From the IMG/VR virus record IMGVR_UViG_3300035670_000027: 64,000 nt of DNA; one strand, given 5' to 3'. Source of the stretch: a virus. Positions 1-9,643 of this stretch are shown here, piece after piece. The position numbers and the translations under genes were made by a program. The notes under the pieces were generated by a model. It was given only the letters and a program-made list of their open reading frames with translations. It was not told the origin of the DNA and searched no databases. The first letter of the stretch is position 1. Every line of letters begins with the position of its first letter.

Positions 1-2
1 AA

Positions 3-179
3 TCGACAAAGCAAGAATTGCAAGAATTCATTAACAACCTTAGCCAAGAGCAGTTCGCTAAGATTAACGGATTCTTTACCACAATGCCTAAACTCAAGCA
101 TACAATCAATTGGCGTTGTGACAAGTGTGGTACAGATGATCACATTACGCTGGAGGGTATGGCAAATTTTTTCGGATAG
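3..179 (+). CDS. C-terminal part of T4-like baseplate hub subunit gp26 (partial)
   Basis: Frame 3 reads STKQELQEFINNLSQEQFAKINGFFTTMPKLKHTINWRCDKCGTDDHITLEGMANFFG*, with the FFxTMPKL...CxxC...LEGxxxFF tail typical of gp26; it sits upstream of gp51 and the tape measure. Confidence 0.8.
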   Translation, partial: STKQELQEFINNLSQEQFAKINGFFTTMPKLKHTINWRCDKCGTDDHITLEGMANFFG

Positions 180-181
180 CA

Positions 182-382
182 TTGTCTAGTGATAACCTAA
201 CTAATTATTACAAGACAAATTTTGCTCTGATGCAACATCATAAATATAGTTTAACTGAACTAGAAGAGATGATGCCATTCGAAAGAGAAATTTATATTAT
301 GCTTCTAACGCAGTTCGTTAAAGAAGAAAACGAAAGACAAAAACAACAAGAGGCTAACATGAGAGCCCGAACTAGAAGATAA
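182..382 (+). CDS. Baseplate hub assembly chaperone gp51-like (possibly made by -1 frameshift from gp26)
   Basis: YYKTNFALMQHHKYSLTELEEMMPFEREIY motif; only a TTG start; lies in the -1 frame of gp26. Confidence 0.8.
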   Translation: MSSDNLTNYYKTNFALMQHHKYSLTELEEMMPFEREIYIMLLTQFVKEENERQKQQEANMRARTRR

Positions 383-387
383 AATAA

Positions 388-3300
388 ATGGCAGATTTAG
401 TTGGTAAGTTAGGTCAAACAATCAAAGGCTCTGTTCAAAACTTTGGAGCCGGATTCAAACAGGCAGCCATCTCAGGCAATCCTGCGCTTTTTGGTGCAGG
501 ATTGAGTGTTTTAGGAAAAGCATTCGAAAAAAATACCTCTGAAGAAAAAGCAGACAGAGCAAAAGATCGTGAAGAGAGAAGACGCCAAAGACAGTTTGAT
601 GAAGAGAATCAAAACGAACAGAGAAAACTAGACAATGACATTCTAGGCACACTTAAATCAATTGAGAAAAGCGTTGAAGCAATTCTCGCAATTCTTGATA
701 AGAAAGACAAGCCTGGCTTTGGTCTCGGACCTCTTCTTCTTCTTGGAAAAGGTGTAGAGCAATTAGTCAAAGGTTTCAAGCCATTCTTAGAAAATCTTAA
801 AAAGTTCTTTACAGTTAAGATACCAGACTTTTTTAAGAGCATATTCGACAAAATCAAAATTCCAAAAATTGCAGATAGTCTTACGAAACTGTTAGGCAAT
901 CTTGCTGATTTATTTAAGAACGCATTTCAAAAACTCAAACTTGGATTTGCAGAAAGATTTCCGAAACTTCAAAAAGGTATTGATGAAATCTTCGATGTAA
1001 TTCGAACATCAATTCGCTTTGTTGGTAATCTCATTAGTGATCTATTCAATCGTGTGGCGCAACTCGTTACACGAATCATGCCTTCAATTCCAGGAATGCC
1101 AAGACCTGGTGCCGGTAAAGCGCCAACAATTAAACAAGAAGGTACAAGATTTAGAAGCACAGAAACAGGAAAGTTTGTTTCTGCTGATGCCGCTAAAGCC
1201 GCTGGTTATGTTGATGATGCCGGTGCAGTAGTTAAAGGTGTTGATACTGCCGCAGATATTGCAAAGGTTGGTGTCGTTGGTGCTGGTCTTGCTAAAATTC
1301 TAGGCGTATTCAAAGGTCTTGGTGATGTACTCTCTGGACCTATAAAAGCATTTGGTGAAATTACTGATGTGCTTGCTTTTGCAAGAGGTTTAGGTAAAGT
1401 CATTGTACCGCTTGGTGTTATCATCTCAATCTTTGATGGTATCTTTGCGGCAGTTGATACTGCAACACTTGAAAAACAATTTGGTCCAGGCAATGTAGGA
1501 ATTCAACAGAGAATCGCCGCATTCATCGGTGGCTTCATTGGAAGTATCGGTGGTCTCTTTGATGTGCTTGGCAAACTCATGGGCATCGATACTGGCGAGG
1601 GTGAGAATTCAATTCAAGGTCAGATGACCGCCTTCTTTACAAAAGTATCTGATGAAGTATTAAGTGGCATTGCCGCATTCTTAAAATTCATCGGTACGAT
1701 TATTACTTCAGACACATTTCAAGAAGTTTGGAAAGCCGCAAAAGAAACATTATCAAAAGGTTTTGAAGCCGTACTCGCACTCTTTACGCTAATCAAAGAC
1801 ATATTCATGTCTGATACAATGATGTACATCTACAAGGTAATAGGTGGCATCGTTGGCGAAACAGTTAAGACTGCACTTAAAGCACTTGGAAATATTGTAG
1901 AGTTTATTCTTGGATTGATCACATTTGATACAACCAGAATGGCTGGTGCAGTAAAAAATCTTGCAGGAAATATTGTTGAAGGTATTGGTAATATCTTCAA
2001 ATTAATTGCAAACACTCTCATTGAAGGTATGAATGCATTTATTGATGCATTACCTTTACCTCAGTCTCTAAAAGACAGAGCGAAAATAGGTAAGTTTGCA
2101 ATACTAACTCAAAGAGATAGAGAGTTAAATGCGCTTACTGAAACTGTAGCCGCACGACCAAAAGATGCCGCAGCCGCCGAAGAGTGGGACAAACAATATG
2201 GTAAGTTTTATGATCGATCAGGCAAACTAAAAGCCTCTACACTTAAAGAACAAACTGAACTCAGAAAACTCATTGCAGATGGAATGTATGACGCATTGAA
2301 GCGTCCTGGTTCGTTATCTGTAAGTGAAGCATTAAATATTAGTGCAAAAATTACTCAAGATGAATTTGAGTGGCAACAAGAACAAGCAAGAAAAACTGAA
2401 CAATATCGTGCAGAAAGAGATGCATTACAGAAACGATTCTATACTACATTAGAAAATGGTTTTGAAAGAATGCTCACTAAAGGTGCCGGTGGTTTTGGAA
2501 AAGGTACTGCACCTGGTGGCGCAAGAAGTGCAATCGAATCTGCAATTGGTCCAGCATTTCAAAAACTTGGAACCAGAATATTTGGTAAAGAGATGGGTGG
2601 GGAGATGGGTCAAATCTTCACACAACTCTTTGGTAGTTACGGCGACCAGATAGCAACTCAGGTTCTTGGTCCTGCCCTCTTTGGTGCAAATAAAACTGGT
2701 GGTGAAAACGCAAATCGATTCTTCAATAGCCTTGCGAGTGGCAACAAGAAGAATGCGATGGAAGATTTCATCTATGGAACAACAGGCATTTCAATTGGTT
2801 CTAGAAGTGCGTTAGGATATGAAAAAGGCACTAAAGAAATTGCAAAAGAACTTGCACAAGTATTAGGTACACCTTTCGATCCACTCTTCAGTCTTGATCA
2901 AGCGGAGCGCCAAAGACTTGAGCAAGCAAATGCAACCAGTCAGCCTATCGTTGACGCAATTGAAAGACAAACTATAGCACTTACAACACCACCAACAGTA
3001 GCAGGTGGAGGTGCCGTAGTCGTTGATCCTGTTACAGGACAAGTCATATCTGGTTCAAGAGGAATTTATGGTGGCGGTGGTGGAGGCGGTGGTGGTGCCG
3101 CAGGAATGGTCGGAGCACAAGGCTCTCTCATTCCCGGAATGCCAGCAACATCCAAGGCGCTAATCAATTTTGGTAGTCAATATCTAGGAAGAAAACTTGG
3201 TGTAGATACATCTACATTTGGTGGTGCAATGGCACAGACTGGATTGAGTGCCGCAGTCAACGCCGCACTTACTGGTGGTGATGTATTAAATGCATTAACA

Positions 3301-4968
3301 AGCATCAACTCCATTTCTAGAATGGGTGAACAAATTTCAAGACTAGGTGTTGAAGGTATGATGAGATCCACATCTGGCTTTGGTCAAGCCGCAGGAAGTG
3401 CGGCAATGAACTTTGGTGGTGGTTTACAGGCTGGTGGTTCTGGTGGTTTCTATAGTATGTCAAATGTTGGAACCATGACTACGGCTGGACAAGTAGGTTA
3501 TGTCGCAGGCGTGATTGGTGCCGCTATGACTGCTAAATCAATTTCTGATGCATTCTCTGGTGGTTATAAGTCTGGCGTTGGTGACGCCGTAGCCGTTGTT
3601 GGTTCGTTCTTCGATCCAACAGGAGGATTTATTGCTGGTGCCGTTGGTGGTATTGTGAATCGTCTGTTCGGTCGTAAAGCACCAGAAGTTACAGATACAG
3701 GTATTACAGGAACTCTGAAGACCGATTCTGTTTCACTAAAACAATACACAGACATTCTAGAAAAAGGTGGTACTTATCGTAGTGATAAACGATACACACA
3801 ATATGCTGATCTTGATCCTAAACTTGTAAAAGGCATCACAATGGCGATTGGTGCTTTGGTTGACGGCATTAAGAAAACTGGTGAAGCAATGGGGCTTGAC
3901 CGAGCAACCGCTTCAGCATCATATCGTGATGCATATCAAAAATTGTTGAGAGGCGAATTTACTCAAGAGGTTAGAGTTTCACTCAAAGGTTTGTCTGAAG
4001 AAGAACAAAAAGAAGCACTAGAAAAGATGATCACAGATTTTGCTGAAGGCTATCTGAGAGATGCTTTTGGAACTACACTTGATCGATTCCAAAGATCAGG
4101 AGAAAAACTTTACGAAACATTTGACCGTTTGACTAAAGCGGCAATCGCAATGTCTGACATTACATTGAAACTTCGTTATAATTACGATGCACTTAATGTT
4201 GCCTTAGACGAATTTGATGCGGCCGCATTGGCAGATAGATTCTTTGATCTTGCTGGTGGCATTGACAAGTATGCAAAAGATGTTCAATTCTACTTTGAAA
4301 ACTTCTATACTAGAGAAGAGCAATTAGAATATGCCGCAGAAAAAGGTCGCCAACTAATGGAAGCATCATTAGAAAAAGTTGGTCTTGATGCTTCAATGAG
4401 TGTCAAAGGTTTGACTGATATGATGGGTGAGAATTTTGAAGATGCTAGAAAAGCATATCGTAAAGTCGTTGAAGATTTCATTGCCGCTAATGGTGGCATG
4501 GAAGAGATTGTAAGAAAAGGCGATCCAAAAGTTATTGAACAACTTGCAAGACTGCAAGGCGAACTTGCACAAGAATACTATGCAACTGCAAAAGCAATTC
4601 AAGAACTTGATAGAATTAAAGGAACATCAAAAGAAGCATTGACTGGTGCCGCTAGAGCAATCTTCATGGCAGACATGGCTGCCGCAGGAAGATCATTTGC
4701 GGTTGGTGGTATTACATCAGGACCTAGATCAGGTTATGCCGCAATGCTACACGGAACTGAAGCGGTTGTTCCTCTGCCAAATGGTCGTGAGATTCCAGTC
4801 GAATTGAAATTTCCACAATCTGAATTGGGTATGAATCGCACATACATTAACAATATTGTTGGTAACGGAAATGCTACAGTTAGATCGTCTCCAACAAATG
4901 TGATCACATCAACACCTCAAGCAACTTCTGGTTCATCACCAAACAGAGTACTCTCTTCCGCATATTAA
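388..4968 (+). CDS. Tail tape measure protein
   Basis: 1526 aa, helical and Ala/Gly-rich with hydrophobic stretches; C-terminal GGITSGP..GY...LHGTEAVVPL motif; follows gp26/gp51. Confidence 0.75.
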   Translation: MADLVGKLGQTIKGSVQNFGAGFKQAAISGNPALFGAGLSVLGKAFEKNTSEEKADRAKDREERRRQRQFDEENQNEQRKLDNDILGTLKSIEKSVEAILAILDKKDKPGFGLGPLLLLGKGVEQLVKGFKPFLENLKKFFTVKIPDFFKSIFDKIKIPKIADSLTKLLGNLADLFKNAFQKLKLGFAERFPKLQKGIDEIFDVIRTSIRFVGNLISDLFNRVAQLVTRIMPSIPGMPRPGAGKAPTIKQEGTRFRSTETGKFVSADAAKAAGYVDDAGAVVKGVDTAADIAKVGVVGAGLAKILGVFKGLGDVLSGPIKAFGEITDVLAFARGLGKVIVPLGVIISIFDGIFAAVDTATLEKQFGPGNVGIQQRIAAFIGGFIGSIGGLFDVLGKLMGIDTGEGENSIQGQMTAFFTKVSDEVLSGIAAFLKFIGTIITSDTFQEVWKAAKETLSKGFEAVLALFTLIKDIFMSDTMMYIYKVIGGIVGETVKTALKALGNIVEFILGLITFDTTRMAGAVKNLAGNIVEGIGNIFKLIANTLIEGMNAFIDALPLPQSLKDRAKIGKFAILTQRDRELNALTETVAARPKDAAAAEEWDKQYGKFYDRSGKLKASTLKEQTELRKLIADGMYDALKRPGSLSVSEALNISAKITQDEFEWQQEQARKTEQYRAERDALQKRFYTTLENGFERMLTKGAGGFGKGTAPGGARSAIESAIGPAFQKLGTRIFGKEMGGEMGQIFTQLFGSYGDQIATQVLGPALFGANKTGGENANRFFNSLASGNKKNAMEDFIYGTTGISIGSRSALGYEKGTKEIAKELAQVLGTPFDPLFSLDQAERQRLEQANATSQPIVDAIERQTIALTTPPTVAGGGAVVVDPVTGQVISGSRGIYGGGGGGGGGAAGMVGAQGSLIPGMPATSKALINFGSQYLGRKLGVDTSTFGGAMAQTGLSAAVNAALTGGDVLNALTSINSISRMGEQISRLGVEGMMRSTSGFGQAAGSAAMNFGGGLQAGGSGGFYSMSNVGTMTTAGQVGYVAGVIGAAMTAKSISDAFSGGYKSGVGDAVAVVGSFFDPTGGFIAGAVGGIVNRLFGRKAPEVTDTGITGTLKTDSVSLKQYTDILEKGGTYRSDKRYTQYADLDPKLVKGITMAIGALVDGIKKTGEAMGLDRATASASYRDAYQKLLRGEFTQEVRVSLKGLSEEEQKEALEKMITDFAEGYLRDAFGTTLDRFQRSGEKLYETFDRLTKAAIAMSDITLKLRYNYDALNVALDEFDAAALADRFFDLAGGIDKYAKDVQFYFENFYTREEQLEYAAEKGRQLMEASLEKVGLDASMSVKGLTDMMGENFEDARKAYRKVVEDFIAANGGMEEIVRKGDPKVIEQLARLQGELAQEYYATAKAIQELDRIKGTSKEALTGAARAIFMADMAAAGRSFAVGGITSGPRSGYAAMLHGTEAVVPLPNGREIPVELKFPQSELGMNRTYINNIVGNGNATVRSSPTNVITSTPQATSGSSPNRVLSSAY

Positions 4969-4997
4969 AAAAAGCCCCTCATTGCGAGGGGCTAAAA
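4968..4997. terminator. Intrinsic terminator between convergent tape measure and gp32 genes
   Basis: AGCCCCTC-ATTGC-GAGGGGCT hairpin preceded by an A-run (U-tract on the minus strand). Confidence 0.8.
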
Positions 4998-5021
4998 CTA
5001 CAAGAAGAACTCAAGGAGATT

Positions 5022-5924
5022 TTAGTCTTCGGCTAACTTTTCAAAGTAACTCAAACTTTCGTCATCGTCATCATTCCAAGGTGGTGTGTCATCCTCAACA
5101 GTCTTAGCCTTAACTGGTTCGGATTTCTTTGAAATAGGTTGACTTGGTTTCTCAACAGCCACAGTATCATTCTCAAGATTAAGAACCAAATTCAAACGCT
5201 TTTTCAATTCGTCATAAGATTTGAAATTGCTTTCTGCAAGAAACTCAGAGAGTTTGTGTTCAGACTTCCAAATCTTTTCAAGGTCATCATCATCTTCACT
5301 CAGTCGAGCAGGTGAATCAAATTCAGACTTGTCATAGTTAGTGTAGCCTTCTACTTTGCGAATCTTCAGTTTGAAGTTCGCACCTTCCCACAAGTCAAAT
5401 GGATTGACTGGTGATTCATCTTCAAACTCAGGATTCATCATATCGTTGAGTTTGTCGAAAATTTTCTTGCCATACTTGAACAAGAAAACTTTACCTTCGT
5501 TGTCAGGATTGGCTGGATCCTTAACAACATAGATGTTGGAAATGTATTGCAGTTTACGCTTTTGCTTTCTGGCAATCTCTTTGTCAGATTCAAGACCAGA
5601 ATTCCATAGCACAGAGTTATACTCTGAGACTGGATCTTTTTTGTTTAGCGTAGTGAGGGAATTCTCAATGTACCATTGACCAGTAGGTCCTTGGAATGAG
5701 TGTGAGAAGAGTTGAACCCAAGGCATGTCTTCGCCTTCGGCGGCAGGAAGAAAACGAATAACTGCTAATCCGTTACCTGCTTTGTCGACCGTTGCTTTCC
5801 AGAAGCGATCATCTTCATAGGACTTCTTTTCGCCATCTTTAGAGTTGAGTTTGTTGACTTGCTCTGTCAACTTTTCCAAATCTTTGGTGCGTGACTTGCG
5901 TAGTTCTGCGAATGAATTTGCCAT
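5022..5924 (-). CDS. Single-stranded DNA-binding protein gp32
   Basis: DDRFWK..VDKAGNG.AVIRFLP, YGKKIFDK, GANFKLKIRKVEGY.NYDKSEF, acidic tail LSYFEKLAED. Confidence 0.95.
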   Translation of the reverse strand: MANSFAELRKSRTKDLEKLTEQVNKLNSKDGEKKSYEDDRFWKATVDKAGNGLAVIRFLPAAEGEDMPWVQLFSHSFQGPTGQWYIENSLTTLNKKDPVSEYNSVLWNSGLESDKEIARKQKRKLQYISNIYVVKDPANPDNEGKVFLFKYGKKIFDKLNDMMNPEFEDESPVNPFDLWEGANFKLKIRKVEGYTNYDKSEFDSPARLSEDDDDLEKIWKSEHKLSEFLAESNFKSYDELKKRLNLVLNLENDTVAVEKPSQPISKKSEPVKAKTVEDDTPPWNDDDDESLSYFEKLAED

Positions 5925-6070
5925 ATATTTTCTCCGTATGTAAATGTATTAAACCGTATGTTTATCTTGTCCACTATTCTCATGATGTACATTAGTATAT
6001 AGTCGTTCAAGATTCTTTTTTGATAGACATAGCGCACAAATTTTTCTCTTTCGCCATAAAGAGGGTGGTG

Positions 6071-6667
6071 CTATTGTTCCACTAGGTCTTTCAAAATTCT
6101 TTTCATTTTGCTTCTGTCGTACTCTAAAAATGGCTGGTATTTTTTGCATAGTTGACTTACCTCTTTATAAACTGGATCAATAATCTCTTTATCATACCGC
6201 TTGGTAAACTCCATAATTGAGTTTAGTATTGTGAGTGTTTCTAAACTAATTTCACCTCGCAAGTATTTCTTGATGATGTTTGGATGATCTCCTTCGTTAA
6301 CTCCAAACCAACTATTAATCTGTTCTGAATTCCATCCTTCGATAAAAGACATTTCGTTTTTAAAAAGATAGGTAAGAGATTGCTTTTTTCTCAGCCAGTC
6401 TTTGTACCTATTCTCACATTCATCTGATAGAAGTTCACCAACCCAAACCTTCGGGTCGTGTATCATATTCGCCACAAGAAAATCTTCAAGGTACTTGTCT
6501 TTTCGATTTCCTAACTTAGCAAAAAATATTTTATCCCTTCGCTTCAGAAAAGAATCATAACTCACATTGACCTTACGATTATACTTGATGTAGTCGTATT
6601 TGTCAAGTGTGAAATGATTCTTTATGCCAAGGTATATTTTGTATGCATCAATTGCTTCCATCTTCAT
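6071..6667 (-). CDS. Helicase loader gp59
   Basis: YKIYLGIKNHFT..YDYIKY..K, F.KRRDK.FF.KL, ISLETL motifs; synteny with gp32 and gp33. Confidence 0.85.
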   Translation of the reverse strand: MKMEAIDAYKIYLGIKNHFTLDKYDYIKYNRKVNVSYDSFLKRRDKIFFAKLGNRKDKYLEDFLVANMIHDPKVWVGELLSDECENRYKDWLRKKQSLTYLFKNEMSFIEGWNSEQINSWFGVNEGDHPNIIKKYLRGEISLETLTILNSIMEFTKRYDKEIIDPVYKEVSQLCKKYQPFLEYDRSKMKRILKDLVEQ

Positions 6668-6900
6668 ATAGGTAACTTAGCATTTTTTGTCGTAATCATT
6701 CTTCCTTTGATTGCCTCACTCTCAATTACATTCTTCATCTTACTGGTAATTAGAGATGCGGCAGTTTCAATTTCTAAGTTGTTTTGTTCGCAAAAGAGTA
6801 CTACCGCATCGATCATTGTAATTGGAGATTTTTCTTTCATCAATTCTTTGATCTTTGTTTCAAACTCTTTTGACGATAAGATATTTAATTTTATATTCAT
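6664..6900 (-). CDS. Late promoter transcription coactivator gp33
   Basis: F...I...........IDAVV.FCE.NN.EIE....LI....K..I..EA...KLPI pattern; position next to gp59. Confidence 0.8.
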   Translation of the reverse strand: MNIKLNILSSKEFETKIKELMKEKSPITMIDAVVLFCEQNNLEIETAASLITSKMKNVIESEAIKGRMITTKNAKLPI

Positions 6901-7187
6901 CGCTTTTTGGCTGGTGCCTCCGGTGCCTCAAGTTGTTGATGGGTAATTGCATACGCTAGACAAACATTGTCGGTTGCTGGTGCATATGCACATCGTACTG
7001 TAATCGGATCAATACCCTTCTCAATCGCATTGCTAATGTTGTCTGCCATAAGAATTTTTCCCATTACAGAATTTGCTACGATTAGAATACCTACAACAAC
7101 AATTGTGATTGCAACAATTATGAGTGCGTTGCTTCTATCAATTAATGGTAACATTATCTTTCCTTTCGTAAAAAATGTGTCTGCCAA
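6897..7187 (-). CDS. Hypothetical membrane protein
   Basis: One TM segment, AIEKGIDPITVRCAY motif. Confidence 0.55.
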   Translation of the reverse strand: MADTFFTKGKIMLPLIDRSNALIIVAITIVVVGILIVANSVMGKILMADNISNAIEKGIDPITVRCAYAPATDNVCLAYAITHQQLEAPEAPAKKR

Positions 7188-7722
7188 TTTGTGTTACCTT
7201 CTGTAAATTTTTCCAGTTTGGACTAACATAATCAGCATGGTAGAACAATGCCCCCTTTGTTGGATCTTCTAATTTTTCATAGTTCACATAAAAGTTAATG
7301 GCTACTTTTACAATCTCATTATACTTCATATTATTCGTTTCTGTCAAGACATTATTGGTAGAGATGTACTTTGGAGTTTCTTCACACCACCATGAAAATT
7401 GACATACCACTCTTTTGTTTCCAATACTTTCAACTTTCGTTTTCTGCTTTACCACATCGCAGATAGTATCTGGAAAGTATGAAGAGTTTACACGATTCAT
7501 TGTAACAAATGCCACGGCATACTGCCCTTGAAGTGGTTCATTTCGTGCTTCAAAATAAATGTTCTCTGCTAAACACTCGATTTGTTTTTGTGTATCTTTT
7601 GTCATTCTTTCGAATGGCACATTATATTGTGGTACACCTGCAAATGATGCTTGTTTAAGATATACAAAAATCAAACCGAAACAGATAAGCATAAACAATG
7701 AAATCTTATGAATTGACTTCAT
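7138..7722 (-). CDS. Cell wall hydrolase (SleB/Hydrolase_2 family)
   Basis: CLAENIYFEARNEP..GQ.AVA.VT.NRV..FPDTIC.VV.Q, CQFSW, GALFYHADYVSP.W, IGRHIFY. Confidence 0.9.
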   Translation of the reverse strand: MKSIHKISLFMLICFGLIFVYLKQASFAGVPQYNVPFERMTKDTQKQIECLAENIYFEARNEPLQGQYAVAFVTMNRVNSSYFPDTICDVVKQKTKVESIGNKRVVCQFSWWCEETPKYISTNNVLTETNNMKYNEIVKVAINFYVNYEKLEDPTKGALFYHADYVSPNWKNLQKVTQIGRHIFYERKDNVTIN

Positions 7723-7744
7723 GCATTCTCCTTTTAAAGGTTGA

Positions 7745-8182
7745 TTAAATCTGGTCTACATAGTCTGAACATATTGCATAGCACTTGAGTTCTTTCGTTT
7801 TTTCAAGTGGCATGAATGTTTCAGGCATTACACATACGCTGATATCAGTTAAGTCTTGTTTAGGATATGTCCAAATGTAGCCATAGTTTGTGACGGCATA
7901 TGCGTCACCTTCATGCCAAAAGAAATGATATTTTGATGAATTCAAACATAAAAAATGTAATGCTTCAAGATTCTTGGCATGGATCCAGAGTTTATCGTTT
8001 CTAAGAAAACTCTCTGGAACTTCGTATTGAGCCTCATTGTGTCCGAGATATAGTTGATTGCCGTGCTTCCACACATCAATCTCACAATCATAACCAATTC
8101 GTAAAGCATATTCGATTTGATCAGGACTGTTTTCTAAATCTGTCGGACCGTTTGTTAGCCCTCTATGTGCGATTAACTTCAT
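7745..8182 (-). CDS. Glycerophosphodiester phosphodiesterase-like protein
   Basis: KLIAHRG...ENS...CEIDVW...LGH motifs; likely start MKLIAHRG. Confidence 0.65.
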   Translation of the reverse strand: MKLIAHRGLTNGPTDLENSPDQIEYALRIGYDCEIDVWKHGNQLYLGHNEAQYEVPESFLRNDKLWIHAKNLEALHFLCLNSSKYHFFWHEGDAYAVTNYGYIWTYPKQDLTDISVCVMPETFMPLEKTKELKCYAICSDYVDQI

Positions 8183-8492
8183 ACTTGTCGGATGGAACAC
8201 TCGGCCAGCGAATAACAATTAATTCTACATCGGATAAAAACTCAACATCCGATACTTCATTGGCTTCGTATATCCACATATCTCCTTCTCTTAAAATTTG
8301 TCCAGAAACTTTCAATTCACCTTTGATAATATAATTTAATTCTGTAGTAACTTTATGATAATGGGGGTATGTAGGCTCTCCTTGTTTATGTTTGTGATGA
8401 CCTATTTCAAAAGATGTGTTTCTATATATGCTTGGGGAAAAGTCACCTACGAACCATCCTTTGAAATACTGATCAATGTTCGATACTATCAT
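8163..8492 (-). CDS. Cupin-fold protein
   Basis: KGWFVGDF, HYHKVTTE.NYII.G cupin motif; ATGA overlap with upstream gene. Confidence 0.65.
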   Translation of the reverse strand: MIVSNIDQYFKGWFVGDFSPSIYRNTSFEIGHHKHKQGEPTYPHYHKVTTELNYIIKGELKVSGQILREGDMWIYEANEVSDVEFLSDVELIVIRWPSVPSDKYEVNRT

Positions 8493-9643
8493 TCTAGTTC
8501 CTGAACACGAATCTGGTGTCTTCCGCCATCGAATGAAGTATTTAGTGCAATTGATAGGTAAGTTTTGGCAGTACTTACATCTAATTCTTTTGACGGAATT
8601 GCAAAGAAATTGGCGCAATTGTGTCTAATTGCCATCTCCATCGCAAATTTATCATAGATTAATGCTGAACGAATGCCTTTAAATTTGTTTGCACATATGT
8701 TAACACCTTGTCCTGTGCGACAAAATGCAAATGCAAAGTCACATTCACCTTCTGAGAGTGCTTTTGTTGCTTGTGCAATGTAGTCTTTGTAGTTACAGTC
8801 ACGATTTACGATTGTGCCATAGTCAATATATTTTAGATTTGCATCATCTAAAACTTTCTTCATCAACTCTTTCGCTTCATATCCTGAATGGTCAGAGCAT
8901 AATGCGATAGGCTTGTCGCCAATGCGTTTGACAACATTGTTCTTATAGAATCGAAATTCATCTGGTGTGCCAAAGACATGCATCTTGTCAACTTCAAATG
9001 TAGTGATTCGCTTGCCTGCTTGAATGAATAGATTGTAAAGCGGTGCAATATAGAATTCGTTGTTTGTGCGAATGTCTTGCTGAATCATCTGTTCAGCAAA
9101 GTTACAAAAGTCTTTGCCAGAACGAAAGCCGTAGATACCAACACACGCATCACCGCTGATTGCTTTCTTTTCTGCGGTTTCTACAACATAGTCACCATCT
9201 TTTCTTGCATAAGAGTAGTTCGTGCTATTTGATTTGAATGTGAGAATGATGCCATCGCTATCAATCTTGTACATCTCATGCGGATTGAATCGTGGTGCAA
9301 ACTCAATATCAAGTGTGTGAATCACAAGTGGTTCATCGTTGTCAATAAACTCTCTTGCATACAAACAACTTTCAACGGAACCTCTGGTCAAATGATCAAT
9401 CACTACAATGTTCACATCGCTACCAAACTTCTGGCGCAGAATTTCATCCATGCGAAAATTGTAAACATGTTCATCACGAATGACAAAGGTAAGATTTACA
9501 TCTTTGAGTACTAGACAATCAAGCGATAGATCGATCAAGTGTTTGTCTTTTACATTGATCAACTGCTTTGGTACGGTGAAGCCTTCTTTCTGAAAGCGAC
9601 TACCTAAACCTGCCATAGGAACAAGCACATTAGGCTTTTTCAT
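8489..9643 (-). CDS. Sugar nucleotidyltransferase fused to RpiB/LacAB sugar-phosphate isomerase
   Basis: N-terminal VPMAGLGSRF...PKQLI; C-terminal SDHSG, CRTGQGVNICANK, RHNCAN, FDGGRH RpiB motifs. Confidence 0.85.
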   Translation of the reverse strand: MKKPNVLVPMAGLGSRFQKEGFTVPKQLINVKDKHLIDLSLDCLVLKDVNLTFVIRDEHVYNFRMDEILRQKFGSDVNIVVIDHLTRGSVESCLYAREFIDNDEPLVIHTLDIEFAPRFNPHEMYKIDSDGIILTFKSNSTNYSYARKDGDYVVETAEKKAISGDACVGIYGFRSGKDFCNFAEQMIQQDIRTNNEFYIAPLYNLFIQAGKRITTFEVDKMHVFGTPDEFRFYKNNVVKRIGDKPIALCSDHSGYEAKELMKKVLDDANLKYIDYGTIVNRDCNYKDYIAQATKALSEGECDFAFAFCRTGQGVNICANKFKGIRSALIYDKFAMEMAIRHNCANFFAIPSKELDVSTAKTYLSIALNTSFDGGRHQIRVQELE

